From the NCBI GenBank assembly GCA_964016885.1, contig OZ024742.1, positions 234,174,001-234,238,000 of the forward strand: a stretch of DNA of 64,000 nucleotides. Reading direction: 5' to 3'. The notes under the pieces were generated by a model. It saw only the letters and a program-made list of their open reading frames with translations, was not told where the DNA came from and did no database searches. Shown in pieces: positions 52,601-61,502 of this stretch (its first letter is position 1; each line of letters starts with the position of its first letter). The position numbers were made by a program, and so were the translations under genes. This stretch comes from Eledone cirrhosa. Lineage: Eukaryota.

Positions 52601-55600
52601 TGAGTTGCTGTTTGCTGAGGAGCTTGGTCTTATTTTAGAGTTGAGTGAAGATAATCAACAGGAGGTTATATCACGGTATAAAGAAGCTGGAGTGCCTTGT
52701 TCTATTATTGGTTTTTGTTCTGAACAAAACCAGCCTAAGGTAAGTTACTGGTATTTGACTTGGTTTTCTTTCCAAGTTATTTTCGAAAATTACAAATATT
52801 CTAGAATTATATAAAGGAAATGTGACAAGATATCACATTCCATAATTCTCTCTCCTCTCCTCTCCACAAGATACCCTGCTCCAAATTTCCTCAATTTTTA
52901 TTTTGAAGAAGGGATATTATCCTGAAATATCAGGACTATTAAACAACTCAAGGTAACATTCAAACATCTTTTTAACATTTAATATCCCATTTGCATTAGG
53001 TTATGGGTTAAGAACCCCTTTGGTCACGAATGACCATGGGATTTGCACCTAGAAAGTTTACCTCCGAGGCACAAGTCCAGGCAAGGTTGTTTGAGGAAGA
53101 CCAGCAGTCATCCATGCATACTAGCTTCCCCTCTCCATGCCTCTGATGATGTCCAAGGGAAAGGCAATGGCCGATACAGCTTGGCACCAATGTTGTCGCA
53201 ACTCATTTCTACAGCTGAGTAAACTGGAGCAACGTGAAATAAAGTGTTTTGCTCAAGGACACAACGCATCACCCGATCCAAGAATCAAACTGACAACCTT
53301 CTGATTGCAAGCCCAATACTCTAACAACTAAACCATGTACCATTTGCTAATAACACACTTTTCTAAAATTGATGATGGCAGCTAGAGGAACAATTAAATT
53401 CATTCACTAATTATCATTTTAAAAATATTAATTCAGGTGACTGTTTCTGTATCAAACCAAGAATTATTAAATATGAGATTGGCTGACCTTCGTGACATTT
53501 GGGAAGAAACAAGTTACCAGCTTGAAAAAAGACAAACCACTGTTGCCTGTGCTGAGGCTGAAAGACAAAGTTTGAAGATGAGAAAGGCACCAGCATATTG
53601 TTTTGATTATGACCTTAGCCAACTGTACAATCCTCACTCTTTTAGTAAGTATTTGATCTTAATTTATATGTACTCTATGAAGTACATTGGTTTCAGGAGC
53701 TTCTTTCTTCCCCTTTAAGTGTTGCTAGCAATATTAACAAGACAAACTTTTCTTCACTTGGTTAAATTCCATATATTGATATTTTTATTTCTTTCAGTAT
53801 TGCCACAGCGTGGTCCACGTATTGCAATCCTTCGGGAAGAAGGAAGTAATGGAGATAGAGAAATGGCAGCAGCATTCCATTATGTTGGTTTTCAAACATG
53901 GGATGTCAACATGCAAGATTTGTGTTCAGGCAACATAACATTGGACCAGTTTCAGGGCATAGCTTTTGTTGGAGGTTTTAGTTATGCTGATGTTTGTGGC
54001 TCAGCCAAAGGTATATCATTATCATTGTCTTTTTTTCAACCTTTCCATGCTGGCATGGGTTGGATGAAACTTTTTGCAGCAATGGATTCCTTTCCTGGCA
54101 CCAACCTTTTTATTGCTTCTTAGGGATACAGTGTAGTTATACTAAACTGAATACACACATACTATTCTAAACCAGATAGTAAAGAGTCTAGAATTTCTAT
54201 CATATCTTGAACTATACACAGTGTAAACATTAAAAATTTGGTACTTTTAAAAGCTTTGGATAACAAGTTTATAAAATAACCAATAAAAAAAAAACATATC
54301 AAACAATAAAATTGGCTCCTCTTATAAACTAAAAAAATAAATTAGAAGAAAAAATTTTTTTTTTTTACAGGTGTAAAGAAATCAGTTGGAAAAATGAAAA
54401 TCAGCATTGATTTTAGATTAAAAAATTATTTCTAACAAATTTGTGGAGAGAGATTAGTTTATTAAAGCAACCTCAGTAGTTGACTGGTATTTTATTTTAT
54501 TTTATCGACCTTGTAAAGATCAGAGGCAAACTTAACCATGGAAGGGTTTGAACTCATAACTAAATACCACAAGATATTTTGTTAATTGTTTTACTAGATA
54601 TAAAAGATGGTGTAATTGCTTGTTTATATTAGATAATCATATATACTAGCCATATAATTTTATCTATTTCTCTCGTACATAAATGATGTTGCAGGCTGTA
54701 TTCAATAATAATAATTAAAAAAGTATATGAAAATATTTCCTCTTGTTTTTTTTTCAGGCTGGGCAGCAACTGCTATGTTCAATAAAAATGTGAAAGAACA
54801 ATTCAAGAAATTTTTTGATCGAGATGATACCTTTAGTTTTGGAGTGTGTAATGGTTGCCAGCTTATGTCTCTTCTGGGCTGGATTGCTCCTTACCAAGAT
54901 GACAGTAAAACAACAGGTGAACAGTTTATTCTCATTTTTGAGGTTCAGAAAACTGACTGAGTTTGTGTTCCAAATAGCACTTATGAGGGCTCAAAAGTGT
55001 CTGGGATTGGGGAACAATAGAACTGTTTGATGTCATGCTAGTAAGAAGAAACTACTTGTAGCTAACAGTTCTATTGTATCATGCTACATTACATATTAGT
55101 ATTAGCTTGGCAGCTATTATGAGAATAAATGAATTGGCTAAAGTGAATTATATGTTTGTATTATAAACATATGTAGTTTAACTGTATGAATGCAGGATTG
55201 GTTAAGTGGTTAAGAATTTTGCTTCACAATCATGAAGTCTCGGGTTCAATCCTATTGATTGACATCTCAAACAAGTTATTTTTTTATATAGCCTTAGGTT
55301 GAGACTTTGTTTTGTTTTTTTACTGTTGAAACAGTTTTCTTTATATTTCAATTGTGAGGCATGCTTTAAAGCTTCCTGTGGGGCTGCATTAGTTTCATGA
55401 AGTAGCATTAGAAATATATTAATAACTAGTTTTACTAAGCCTAGAGAATGTTTTTCAAACGAAAAACATTTTTTTCATGTTTATTACATACATGCATACA
55501 CACACACACATATATACATCAAATTTACGTCTACTTTTCTTAGCTAGCATAGAATGGATGGAGTCATAAGCCTTTTCTGGCACCAACCCTTTTAGTCGTC

Positions 55601-58113
55601 TCTTACGGCATGCAGAAATACAGTGAACCTATACTAAAAACTAGGATACACAACATAAGAAGGAGGTCTTATTTCCAAGCCAAGCTTTGAGGCCTCTTTC
55701 TTTGCTCAGATGACAAAGTCTCAAGTTACAGGTAACTGGATGGTGGTCAGTTGACAACTCAGCCCCTCTCTTATCACGAATATCCATCACAGAATCGAAG
55801 AGACCAGAGCCAATAACAAAATCGATTATTGATCTCTGTCCCTGATTCCCCTTATACCATGTATATTTATGGCTGTCTCTGTGCTTGAAGAAGGTGTTCA
55901 TAATAGAGTCCATTGCTAGAACAGCAATCTAGTAAGGCCTCTCCATTCAGGTGGTCAGTGCCAACATGTAATAGCTATTGTAAAATATTTTGATTAGTCA
56001 ATGAGAAATTTCCATTACACCTCAAATCAATACATATTTTTTCTTACACAAGTTACTCTCCAGATTTATTGCATCCAAAGGATTTGTTGGGATTGGGGTT
56101 AGGAGTTTATTAGGGGTAGAATTCTTGCCTCAGTTTGTGTGTGTGAATATATTTGAGTGGATCTGTCAAAGTCACGGACATTTTACCATCTCAGACTATA
56201 ATGTTTAAAAATAAATATGGATATTTTCCAGCCAGTTGTCTGTTCATCTTGTTCTTCCAAAAGTGTAAGTGATGATTGCAGAAGTGCACAAGACAATCAG
56301 TCCAGATCATCATCATTTCATCATTTCATTTTACGTCCGCTTTTTCCCTGCTTGCAAGGGTGGGACAGGAACTGATTCTGGCTTGATTTCTACAGCTGGA
56401 TGCCCTTCCTAACACCAACCTCATTTACAGTGAGTGCTGGGTGCTTTTTTGCCGTGGCACCTACACGACCACTTTGCAGTGGAATGATAGGGACCCCAGT
56501 CCCTATCATCTCATTTCTACAGCTGAGTAAACTGGAGCAATGTGAAATAAAGTGTCTTGCTCAAGGAAACAACACATCACCTGGTCTGAGAATTGAACTC
56601 ACAACCTTTCGATTGCAAGGCCATGCTCTAACCACTAAGCCATGTGCCTCCATAATTTTGATATTTTTACCTAGCATATTGCTAATACAGATGAAAAAAT
56701 TGAATGAACCTATTAAGTGAATTTTATTGAATATTTCCATCATCCAATTTATATTTCTGATTGTGAAAGTTTTTTTTTTTTTACTTATTCAAAATAAAAA
56801 TTAATAATGTTCCTCTTTAATTAGATTGTGATATATCACCTGGAGGACTGTTTTTGGATGTAAACACTTCAGAGAGATTTGAATCTCGTTTTGTGACCGC
56901 AAAAGTGTCTGAAAGCCCTGCAATTATGTTTCACGGAATGTCTGAAACAGTATTTGGAATATGGGTATCACATGGCGAAGGTAAGTAATTTTGTTTTTGT
57001 AAATTTGTTGAAGTAAGTACAATGGCTAGTCTTTCCAATTTTTTTTCCTTAGCTTAAAATTCTATACTAAGTTGCAACTTCTCTTTGCTCATATTATATG
57101 CATGGTTAACTCAGGTAATATTCAGTTGGAACTCCTAGAATGAGATAGAATAGCCTAGGTGTTGAGCATTCATGGGCAAACTGTAGGCCACATGCAATCC
57201 ATTTGGTTTTCTGAATAGCACGCCTTATTTCAAAATTGTCTTGAACTTTTTTAGTAGTGCAGCTCGGCTTATGATGAGTCATATCCTATGAGAGCCACTG
57301 CTCAATAAAGGTTGCCAATGCCTGGTATCAAAAAGATACAGAACTAAATGGAAAGGATTAGGTAAAACGCTTAATGTAGGGTCCAAATATGTATGATGGG
57401 TGAAGAAATTGTAATTTTGTAATACCAATTATAGCCAATTATTAGTTGCTCTCTTTAGCAAGATTAATAACATCAGAATTATATTTAGTTAAATTTTTTA
57501 TTTCAATAATTATATCCAAAAAGTTTTTATAATTTTGCATTTAATAAAGATTAGCTATTACAATTCATCCATATACATTGTGTTGCTCATTTAAACATGA
57601 CAGAGCCTACCTCTCACCAGGTCTGAACACTGACATAAAGGAAGAATCAACCCCATTAAAGGATAATGGCAAATTTGACCTTGGTTGAATTTGATCTCAG
57701 AAAGCTTAAATGAATAATGTAAAGCATTCTATTCAATGTTTTAATGATTCTGTCAATTCACCACTTTGTATGACATAATATTTTTTTTATTTAATATTTT
57801 AGGTAAAATGCAATTTAGATCTGATTCCCTGTACAGAAATCTGAAAGACAAACATCTAATCCCTCTTCATTACGTCAATGATGGTGGGATACCCACATCT
57901 GAGTATCCATTCAATCCCAATGGCTCACCAGATGGGGTTGGTGCTGTTTGTTCAGAAAATGGACGTCATCTAGCTATTATGCCTCACCCTGAGCGCTGCT
58001 TTTTGCCATGGCAATGTCCTTGGTTGCCACTAAATATGAGAGGTGCACTTGAAGTTACACCATGGTTGAAACTATTTGCCAATGCTTATAATTGGTGTCA
58101 GAAAATTCAATAA
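12057..58113 (+). CDS. PFAS: Phosphoribosylformylglycinamidine synthase (FGAM synthase), 24 coding exons, 4011 nt, 1336 aa
   Basis: The spliced translation has hallmark motifs: [82 protein letters not shown] (catalytic Cys) and MPHPER (His/Glu). All introns are GT-AG and the phases are consistent. Confidence 0.97.
12538..13089. mobile_element. hAT (Charlie-like) MITE containing a SINE A (12751-12941)
   Basis: TIRs CAGAGGTTCTCAAAGT and AGTTTGAGAACCGCTG, 8-bp TSD ATCTACAT/ATCTACGT. The SINE has a 14-bp TSD TTATTTATTATATA. Confidence 0.85.
13170..14339 (+). mobile_element. 5'-truncated CR1-clade LINE (RT and C-terminus, (TTGAA)n tail)
   Basis: [47 protein letters not shown] and WNRLP, with two frameshifts. 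Confidence 0.92.
14616..14745 (+). CDS. PFAS: PFAS exon 2 ([13 protein letters not shown]...IEIGPR)
   Basis: ttag acceptor, gtaaac donor, EIGPR motif. Confidence 0.9.
15576..15874 (+). CDS. PFAS: PFAS exon 3 ([15 protein letters not shown]...[10 protein letters not shown])
   Basis: cttag acceptor, gtaagt donor, open frame. Confidence 0.95.
15953..17120 (-). mobile_element. Old, degraded antisense RTE fragments
   Basis: Homologous to the RTE C-terminal region and PHD; (CAT)n tail at about 15953. Confidence 0.7.
17271..17490 (+). mobile_element. SINE A copy (longer variant)
   Basis: A and B boxes, central domain, an extra GGGGTCGATTTAATCGACT segment, and tail. Confidence 0.85.
18671..18779 (+). 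CDS. PFAS: PFAS exon 4 ([11 protein letters not shown]...FDLAQSNS)
   Basis: ttcag acceptor, gtaagt donor, [15 protein letters not shown] motif. Confidence 0.95.
18920..22685 (+). mobile_element. Near full-length CR1-clade LINE: ORF1 (19079-19750), ORF2 APE-RT (about 19741-22561, disabled), (ATT)n tail
   Basis: APE motifs LNARSL, VTETW, GGGV, YRPP, GDFN and SDH. RT motifs [16 protein letters not shown] and YADD. Stops at 20857 (TAG) and 21380 (TAA) and a frameshift near 21285. The 5' boundary is approximate. Confidence 0.93.
19079..19750 (+). CDS. CR1 LINE ORF1 (coiled coil plus RRM-like region), intact
   Basis: Heptad-like [20 protein letters not shown], then IAIGVPE...LRLGR...KPRLIRLSF; directly upstream of the APE domain. 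Confidence 0.75.
   Translation: MPVEGEQQQKPTVNTEFEEIRQMISALSQEIAEIKSSVRVEPHNEGSYRSALIKNLRVPHVEPRRIENATESANHEVIAIGVPEDIVDLQAFAASSSKDLGCAPAKGALRLGRPGPKPRLIRLSFTNSTEARSYIVASDKARRESRIAFRTRPGLPPDVHPKLCVAASLNRSSAEHESFSLRDDGQIWKFVKAGESWKRDTSWSENTAPTTTDNKETEKTQGN
22983..27336. mobile_element. Old Tc2/pogo-like non-autonomous DNA transposon split by an RTE insertion
   Basis: Degenerate TIRs ta-CCGTTTATATTCAAATATAAGC and GCTTATAAGCAAGTATATACAG-ta, with subterminal TATAAGCTGA/TATAAACTGA repeats. Confidence 0.6.
23283..26970 (+). mobile_element. Near full-length RTE LINE, copy 1 (APE-RT-PHD), inactivated
   Basis: [35 protein letters not shown] finger and (GAT)n tail, with several stops and deletions. 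Confidence 0.95.
27370..27510 (+). CDS. PFAS: PFAS exon 5 ([10 protein letters not shown]...FNDNSS)
   Basis: taag acceptor, gtaagt donor, active-site SEHSRH. Confidence 0.95.
29330..29690 (+). mobile_element. Old CR1/L2-group LINE 3' remnant
   Basis: [12 protein letters not shown] motif; heavily decayed. Confidence 0.6.
29793..29942. repeat. 29-bp inverted repeat enclosing the hammerhead (Penelope pseudo-LTR-like)
   Basis: 29793-29821 versus the reverse complement of 29914-29942: 26 of 29 positions identical. Confidence 0.8.
29848..29890 (+). ncRNA. Minimal type I hammerhead ribozyme motif (Penelope-like element type)
   Basis: Stem I TATTCA/TGAATA, core CTGATGA(A), stem II AGTCT-ttt-AGACT, GAAA, palindromic minimal stem III AAATTT, and UUA cleavage triplet ending at 29884. 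Confidence 0.75.
30011..30138 (+). CDS. PFAS: PFAS exon 6 (AIDGF...TAETHNFPT)
   Basis: ttcag acceptor, gtaact donor, ETHNFPT motif. Confidence 0.95.
30923..31051 (+). CDS. PFAS: PFAS exon 7 ([17 protein letters not shown]...NLNIP)
   Basis: atag acceptor, gtaagg donor. Confidence 0.95.
32182..32445 (+). CDS. PFAS: PFAS exon 8 (YIQPWED...[11 protein letters not shown]...KPIMFS)
   Basis: ttag acceptor. The donor gtggaa is weak but in phase with exon 9. Confidence 0.9.
32826..33134. repeat. Minisatellite, 9 units of about 35 bp (TTATTGTTAACTGTCCTCCAGATCATGGACATCTG)
   Basis: Direct tandem copies; the 3' units are nearly identical. Confidence 0.92.
33522..33752 (+). CDS. PFAS: PFAS exon 9 (MEVVKIGGP...IHDQGAGGN)
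   Basis: gcag acceptor, gtaagt donor. Confidence 0.95.
34166..34389 (+). CDS. PFAS: PFAS exon 10 (NVLKELVEP...WGAEYQE...TGDGK)
   Basis: ttag acceptor, gtttgg donor. Confidence 0.95.
34696..34812 (+). CDS. PFAS: PFAS exon 11 (IKLNGF...[16 protein letters not shown])
   Basis: ttcag acceptor, gtattt donor, 39 codons. Confidence 0.9.
35142..35462 (-). mobile_element. tRNA-derived SINE family B (CORE-like central domain)
   Basis: The minus strand shows TGGCTAGGTAGT and GAGTTCGATT boxes, then TGTGTCATTGAGCAAGAC. Closely matches 53008-53338. Confidence 0.8.
35710..36289 (+). mobile_element. Non-autonomous Helitron
   Basis: 3' hairpin CCGGGCAACGCCAGG followed by CTAG (36286-89) and T. The 5' TCTATAAATGAG plus microsatellite is a tentative start. 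Confidence 0.7.
36416..36547 (+). CDS. PFAS: PFAS exon 12 (...[17 protein letters not shown])
   Basis: atag acceptor, gtttca donor, 44 codons. Confidence 0.95.
36975..37204 (+). mobile_element. 3' fragment of the CR1 family at 18920-22685
   Basis: Matches 22467-22685 (CATGGAACAAACTACCTGCATC...(ATT)n). Confidence 0.88.
37299..37403 (+). CDS. PFAS: PFAS exon 13 ([16 protein letters not shown]...)
   Basis: gcag acceptor, gtagtt donor, 35 codons. Confidence 0.95.
37710..37835 (+). CDS. PFAS: PFAS exon 14 ([14 protein letters not shown]...GESLTNL)
   Basis: acag acceptor, gtatgt donor, 42 codons. Confidence 0.95.
38270..38625 (+). mobile_element. Decayed CRE-type restriction-like endonuclease remnant
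   Basis: [42 protein letters not shown] and [10 protein letters not shown]. Confidence 0.7.
39085..39265 (+). CDS. PFAS: PFAS exon 15 ([13 protein letters not shown]...DGGKDSLSM...KAP)
   Basis: atag acceptor, gtaatg donor. Confidence 0.95.
40084..40272 (+). mobile_element. Young SINE A copy
   Basis: Exact 17-bp TSD ATTATTTTACATGTTTT at 40064-40080 and 40269-40285. Confidence 0.93.
40375..44085 (+). mobile_element. Near full-length RTE LINE, copy 2 (same family as 23283-26970), inactivated
   Basis: ORFs 40641-41690 (APE), 41848-42969 (RT, LLYADD) and 43394-43612; colinear with copy 1; (GAT)n tail. Confidence 0.95.
44108..44317 (+). mobile_element. Mariner transposase C-terminal remnant with 3' TIR
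   Basis: [13 protein letters not shown]...[17 protein letters not shown], followed by GTGCAGATAATTTTTTACTTTCTCTCTTG-TA. Confidence 0.75.
44330..46645 (+). mobile_element. Degraded RTE LINE (RT-PHD to 3' tail)
   Basis: [30 protein letters not shown] and a (GAT)n tail. Confidence 0.85.
46718..46801 (+). CDS. PFAS: PFAS exon 16 ([22 protein letters not shown])
   Basis: ttag acceptor, gtcaga donor. Confidence 0.92.
47288..48654 (+). mobile_element. Degraded, internally deleted RTE LINE
   Basis: [23 protein letters not shown] and a (GAT)n tail. Confidence 0.85.
49243..49830 (-). mobile_element. Nested SINEs: SINE A split by a B-type SINE (about 49326-49598), plus a second SINE A head (49745-49830)
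   Basis: SINE A resumes after the insert. Imperfect TSD GCGTTACT/GTGTTACT. Confidence 0.75.
49862..50017 (+). CDS. PFAS: PFAS exon 17 (ILIHVD...[15 protein letters not shown])
   Basis: ccag acceptor, gtaaat donor. Confidence 0.93.
51416..51532 (+). CDS. PFAS: PFAS exon 18 ([22 protein letters not shown])
   Basis: acag acceptor, gtaagt donor. Confidence 0.95.
51805..51980 (+). mobile_element. Degraded SINE A, preceded by an antisense SINE A fragment (about 51735-51800)
   Basis: B-box, central domain and tail are recognisable. Confidence 0.7.
52591..52739 (+). CDS. PFAS: PFAS exon 19 ([14 protein letters not shown]...)
   Basis: ctag acceptor, gtaagt donor. Confidence 0.95.
53008..53338 (-). 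mobile_element. SINE family B copy
   Basis: Colinear with 35142-35462. Confidence 0.8.
53437..53644 (+). CDS. PFAS: PFAS exon 20 (...[16 protein letters not shown]...)
   Basis: tcag acceptor, gtaagt donor. Confidence 0.93.
53798..54010 (+). CDS. PFAS: PFAS exon 21 ([17 protein letters not shown]...[13 protein letters not shown])
   Basis: ttcag acceptor, gtatat donor. Start of the glutaminase domain. Confidence 0.93.
54758..54916 (+). CDS. PFAS: PFAS exon 22 (WAA...[14 protein letters not shown])
   Basis: ttcag acceptor, gtgaac donor, catalytic Cys. Confidence 0.95.
55570..55960 (-). mobile_element. Expander/Rex3-like RTE endonuclease fragment
   Basis: [16 protein letters not shown]...SIIDF...[12 protein letters not shown]. 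Confidence 0.75.
56307..56650 (-). mobile_element. Composite SINE: family B head joined to an RTE-derived tail
   Basis: tRNA head at about 56580-56650. The tail CCCACCCTTGCAAGCAGGGAAAAAGCGGACGTAAAATGA matches the RTE end at 7500-7540. Confidence 0.7.
56825..56980 (+). CDS. PFAS: PFAS exon 23 (...[10 protein letters not shown]...IWVSHGE)
   Basis: ttag acceptor, gtaagt donor. Confidence 0.93.
57167..57324. mobile_element. Decayed hAT-type MITE
   Basis: CATTCATGGGCAAACT...AGGTTGCCAATGCCTG inverted ends; TSD poorly preserved. Confidence 0.45.
57803..58113 (+). CDS. PFAS: PFAS terminal exon 24 (YPFNPNGS...[12 protein letters not shown]...[10 protein letters not shown])
   Basis: ttag acceptor, stop TAA at 58111-58113. 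Confidence 0.96.
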
Positions 58114-58205
58114 AAGAAGAAAGGAAATCCATTTTTATAAACTGTTTCCAGTCTGAGTTTCAGTTATGAAATTTGGTTTAAATTTTTAAATTCTCATTTT
58201 TATAA

Positions 58206-60303
58206 CATTGGTCTGCGATGTTTTCAAGGTCTAACATATAATACATGATTTTAGGCCAGTTTTTTGCACTGAATCCAAAAATCATGCTCATTTTACTCAA
58301 TCAGATCAGGTTAATGAAATATTAGCACATTAAAAATATCCTAAATTCCGATCTATTTGTAGGTGAATAAAACGCAATATTGAAAATATTAGACTGATTT
58401 ATTCACAGAAGGCTTACAAAATATTTTGAATAGATAGCAAGAAGAGTATAATGAACTAAGGAAGCTACTCATGGATGAATGGTCTCTTCAGGGACTTCCG
58501 TTTGTGCTGAGCAGACTGCGCATCCTCTTTAGGCACCAGCAGTAGTCAGCCAGAAAGTTGATATCCCATCGGCCTTGATAGCGTTCCTCCATAACACTGA
58601 TATCTTGGTGAAAGCGCTCACCATGTTCTTCACTGAAGTCTCCACAATTCTCTGGAAAATAGTCCAGATGAGACTGGAGGAAGTGCATTTTCACTGACAC
58701 GCGCGCACCAAGTTGGCGGAAATTCTCCATTAACTCATCAACCACCTTCTGATACTGGGAACTTCTGTGGTTGCCAAGGAAGTTTGCAATGACTGACTTA
58801 AGGGACAACCAGGCAGAGAGTTCAGCAGGATTCAGTGCATCATCAAAACTAGTATCCTTGATGAGTTCCCTTATTTGAGGACCATCAAATATACCTGCCT
58901 TAATTTTCTCCATGCTTTTTCGTTGAAACTTCTGATGGAGGAAAGCAAATCCTCCACCTTCCCTGTCCAATGCCTTTACAAAGTTCTTCATGAGACCGAG
59001 TTTGATGTGGAGGGTTGGAAGCAATATCTTGCCCGGTTCAACCAGAGGGTGGGACAAAACGTTGTGTGATCCAGGTTTTAATCCTTGTCTTAATGGCCAC
59101 TCTTGTCTGACATAATGCTGGTCATCAGCACGGCTATCCCATAAGCACAGAAAACATGGATACTTTGTGTAACCACCTTGAAGTTCTAGGATGAGTCCAA
59201 CAACTTTAAGATCTCCACAGATCAACCATTTATGTTTCTGGTAGTTCAGAGCAGACAACAGACGTTCCATGCTTTTGTGGGATTCTTTCATTTCAACAGG
59301 GATCGATGAAAACTTGTTTCCAATATTCAGAAGAACTGCTTTGAGACTTCTGTTAGATGAGTCAATGAAAAGTCTCCATTCCATACCATCATACTTCAGA
59401 CCAAGTAATTCAATCAGGTCAGCAATATTGCTACAGTAGACCAGTGAAGATGCTTCATCAAACATGAAGAATTTTCTAAATTCTCTCTCGCGGTCCCGAT
59501 ACCAATAGAATGTTGTTCCTGGCGCCAGTAGACGTTTCTCTCGAAGACGAGAACCCAGTAGCTTGGCAGACTCCTTCGAAAGGTTCAGGTCTCGTGTCAG
59601 GTCATTGAGTTCGGCTTGGGTCAAAGGCACCGGTTGGTCGTCCTCTTCTGACCTGTATTCATCACACTGTATCAATCATGTCACTAGATTCGGAATCAGA
59701 ACTAGATTCCATGGTGACATTTGGCTCAGGAACAGGAAGATCGGGGCCATGGGGGACTGGCTTTATGGCAGAAGGAACATCAGGGTATTGAACATGGTGC
59801 TTGTTCTTGCGATTGATGCCTCTTACTCTTCCTTTTCTTGTTCCTCCAATCCCGTAAGTTCTCTACACATGTTTTGCAGCAGATATGGGGAGCGAATAGC
59901 TTATCCTAGTCCCCTAGTTTGACTCCAAAGTAAGCATGATATGCCTTCTTCACAAAATCCGTGATTTTTGCTTGACGGTCTGGTAGAACCACATGTCCGC
60001 AGATGTAACAGAACCTATTAGGATGGTTTTTACACTTCCGATCCATTTTTCTAGACCTGAAAAGAGAAATAAAAATAATTATTAAAGGTTACCCACGACC
60101 CGGTTTTGCAAAAGCAAAGCCCATAAACGCTTGGATTGCGATAATTTAGAAAAATATGCTGGAAAAGAAATAGACTATATCTTAGAAACCAGACCTGACC
60201 CAGAAAAATAAACTATATTTTTGAATTCAGCATGCAAAAAGGGTCCTAAATCATTTGGAAAACCCTTGACCTTTTTAAAAAAGTTTTGAAACGCAGACCA
60301 GTG
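58206..60303 (-). mobile_element. Chapaev3-type (CMC superfamily) DNA transposon
   Basis: Termini CA(T/C)TGGTCTGCG with long imperfect subterminal inversion. 3-bp TSD TAA at 58203-05 and 60304-06. Encodes a transposase. Confidence 0.88.
58488..60046 (-). pseudogene. Chapaev3-type DDE transposase, disrupted in its N-terminal part
   Basis: N-terminus MDRKCKNHPNRFCYICG...LGD*DK...PHICCKTC. The 395-aa open core has FIDSS, CGDLK, PCFLC, LHIKLG, KMHFL.SH and SEEHGERFHQ. Confidence 0.85.
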
Positions 60304-60589
60304 TAATAATTCTTTTGACATTATGAAATAAAGCAATGATACTTTTCCTTAATATAACATTCAGTCTTGTTTTCCTAGTTTCTTTGCTTACTGCAGACCT
60401 ATGTTTTACTGACATATCTATTGTATTTGCTACTGTTATAGTAACTTCAATTTAATTATTTTATTATTATTTTTATTTTTTTTACCGCTTTCAATCATTA
60501 GACTGTAGCCATGCTGGAGAGACTGCCTTGAAAGAATTTAGTTGATCATAATGACCCTAGTGCTTATTTATTTGTTTTTCAAGTCTGGT

Positions 60590-61160
60590 ACTTAGTACAG
60601 CTTTTACATGACATTTGCCTACAACTAGTTTCCTAAGAGCTCTCAGATTACAGAACAATGAACCCTCCAAATCCGTAAATGCCAAGTATGGAGTCTTCTA
60701 GCTAAGTATTTCTCCTGCAGTTGTTTTACAAGGAAGAGGGAATCAGTGGTCCCTCTGCCTGGCTGAAAACCAAACTGCATTTCATCTTGCTTGATTCTGT
60801 CCCTAATTAGTTGTCCTTAACCCTATCAGTCTCTTTCATTACTTGATGATTCTATAATTATCTCTCTTTAGTGTCTCATTATAGCAGTACAGGGTGATAC
60901 TGATGCTCCAGTCACTATCCTGTATTTCTTGATTTATTATATGTCTGACCAGCCTCTAATCTACCATGCTGGATGTTTTTAGCATATCTGCAAGGTTTTC
61001 CTACTTTCATATCCTTAATTGTTTTGTATATCATACTGATGTCAACTTTTAGTTCTGATCCCTCAGTTGGGTTTGCTTAGTGCAGGCCCTTACTCTTCCA
61101 TTTATTCTCTTCGTTCAACAATCTCTTGTAATAGAACTTCCATACTTCTTTCTTCTTTGC
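60590..61160 (-). mobile_element. Highly decayed antisense RTE fragment
   Basis: The reverse complement shows DEMQFGF and flanking RT-like sequence. Confidence 0.55.
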
Positions 61161-61502
61161 ATCTCTCAAAGTTATTTAATTAAAAAGGAAAACAGAGACA
61201 ATACATATGTACATATGTATGTCAGTATGTATGAATGTGCAGAGGGCATATACATGTAATGTCAAAACATTCACATGCACATGTTACACATTTCACATAT
61301 TTTTAATTCACTTTCAATAAGTGATCTTATTGCCATTTTTTTTTTTTTTTTACTGGGTCTGAAGGAAGGAGCTGTGTCTATTATCTTTGCAAGGGTAACG
61401 TCTTGAAGAGTTTCAGTGATGATATCAATTGCAGGGCTTATTTCAATCTATCACTTATTATTGATCTCTATTTGCTAAACTATTTTATATAGTTTAATTA
61501 CT

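Noticed and set aside
56869-56880. SERFESR as a Glu-to-Gly restorative editing site (A56873)
   Set aside because: As I recall, acidic residues occur here in other PurL proteins, and a 5' G neighbour disfavours ADAR.
57270-57310. Box C-like ATGATGA as an intronic snoRNA
   Set aside because: No matching D box or terminal stem. It lies within a MITE remnant, and ATGATGA is ubiquitous here from (GAT)n tails.
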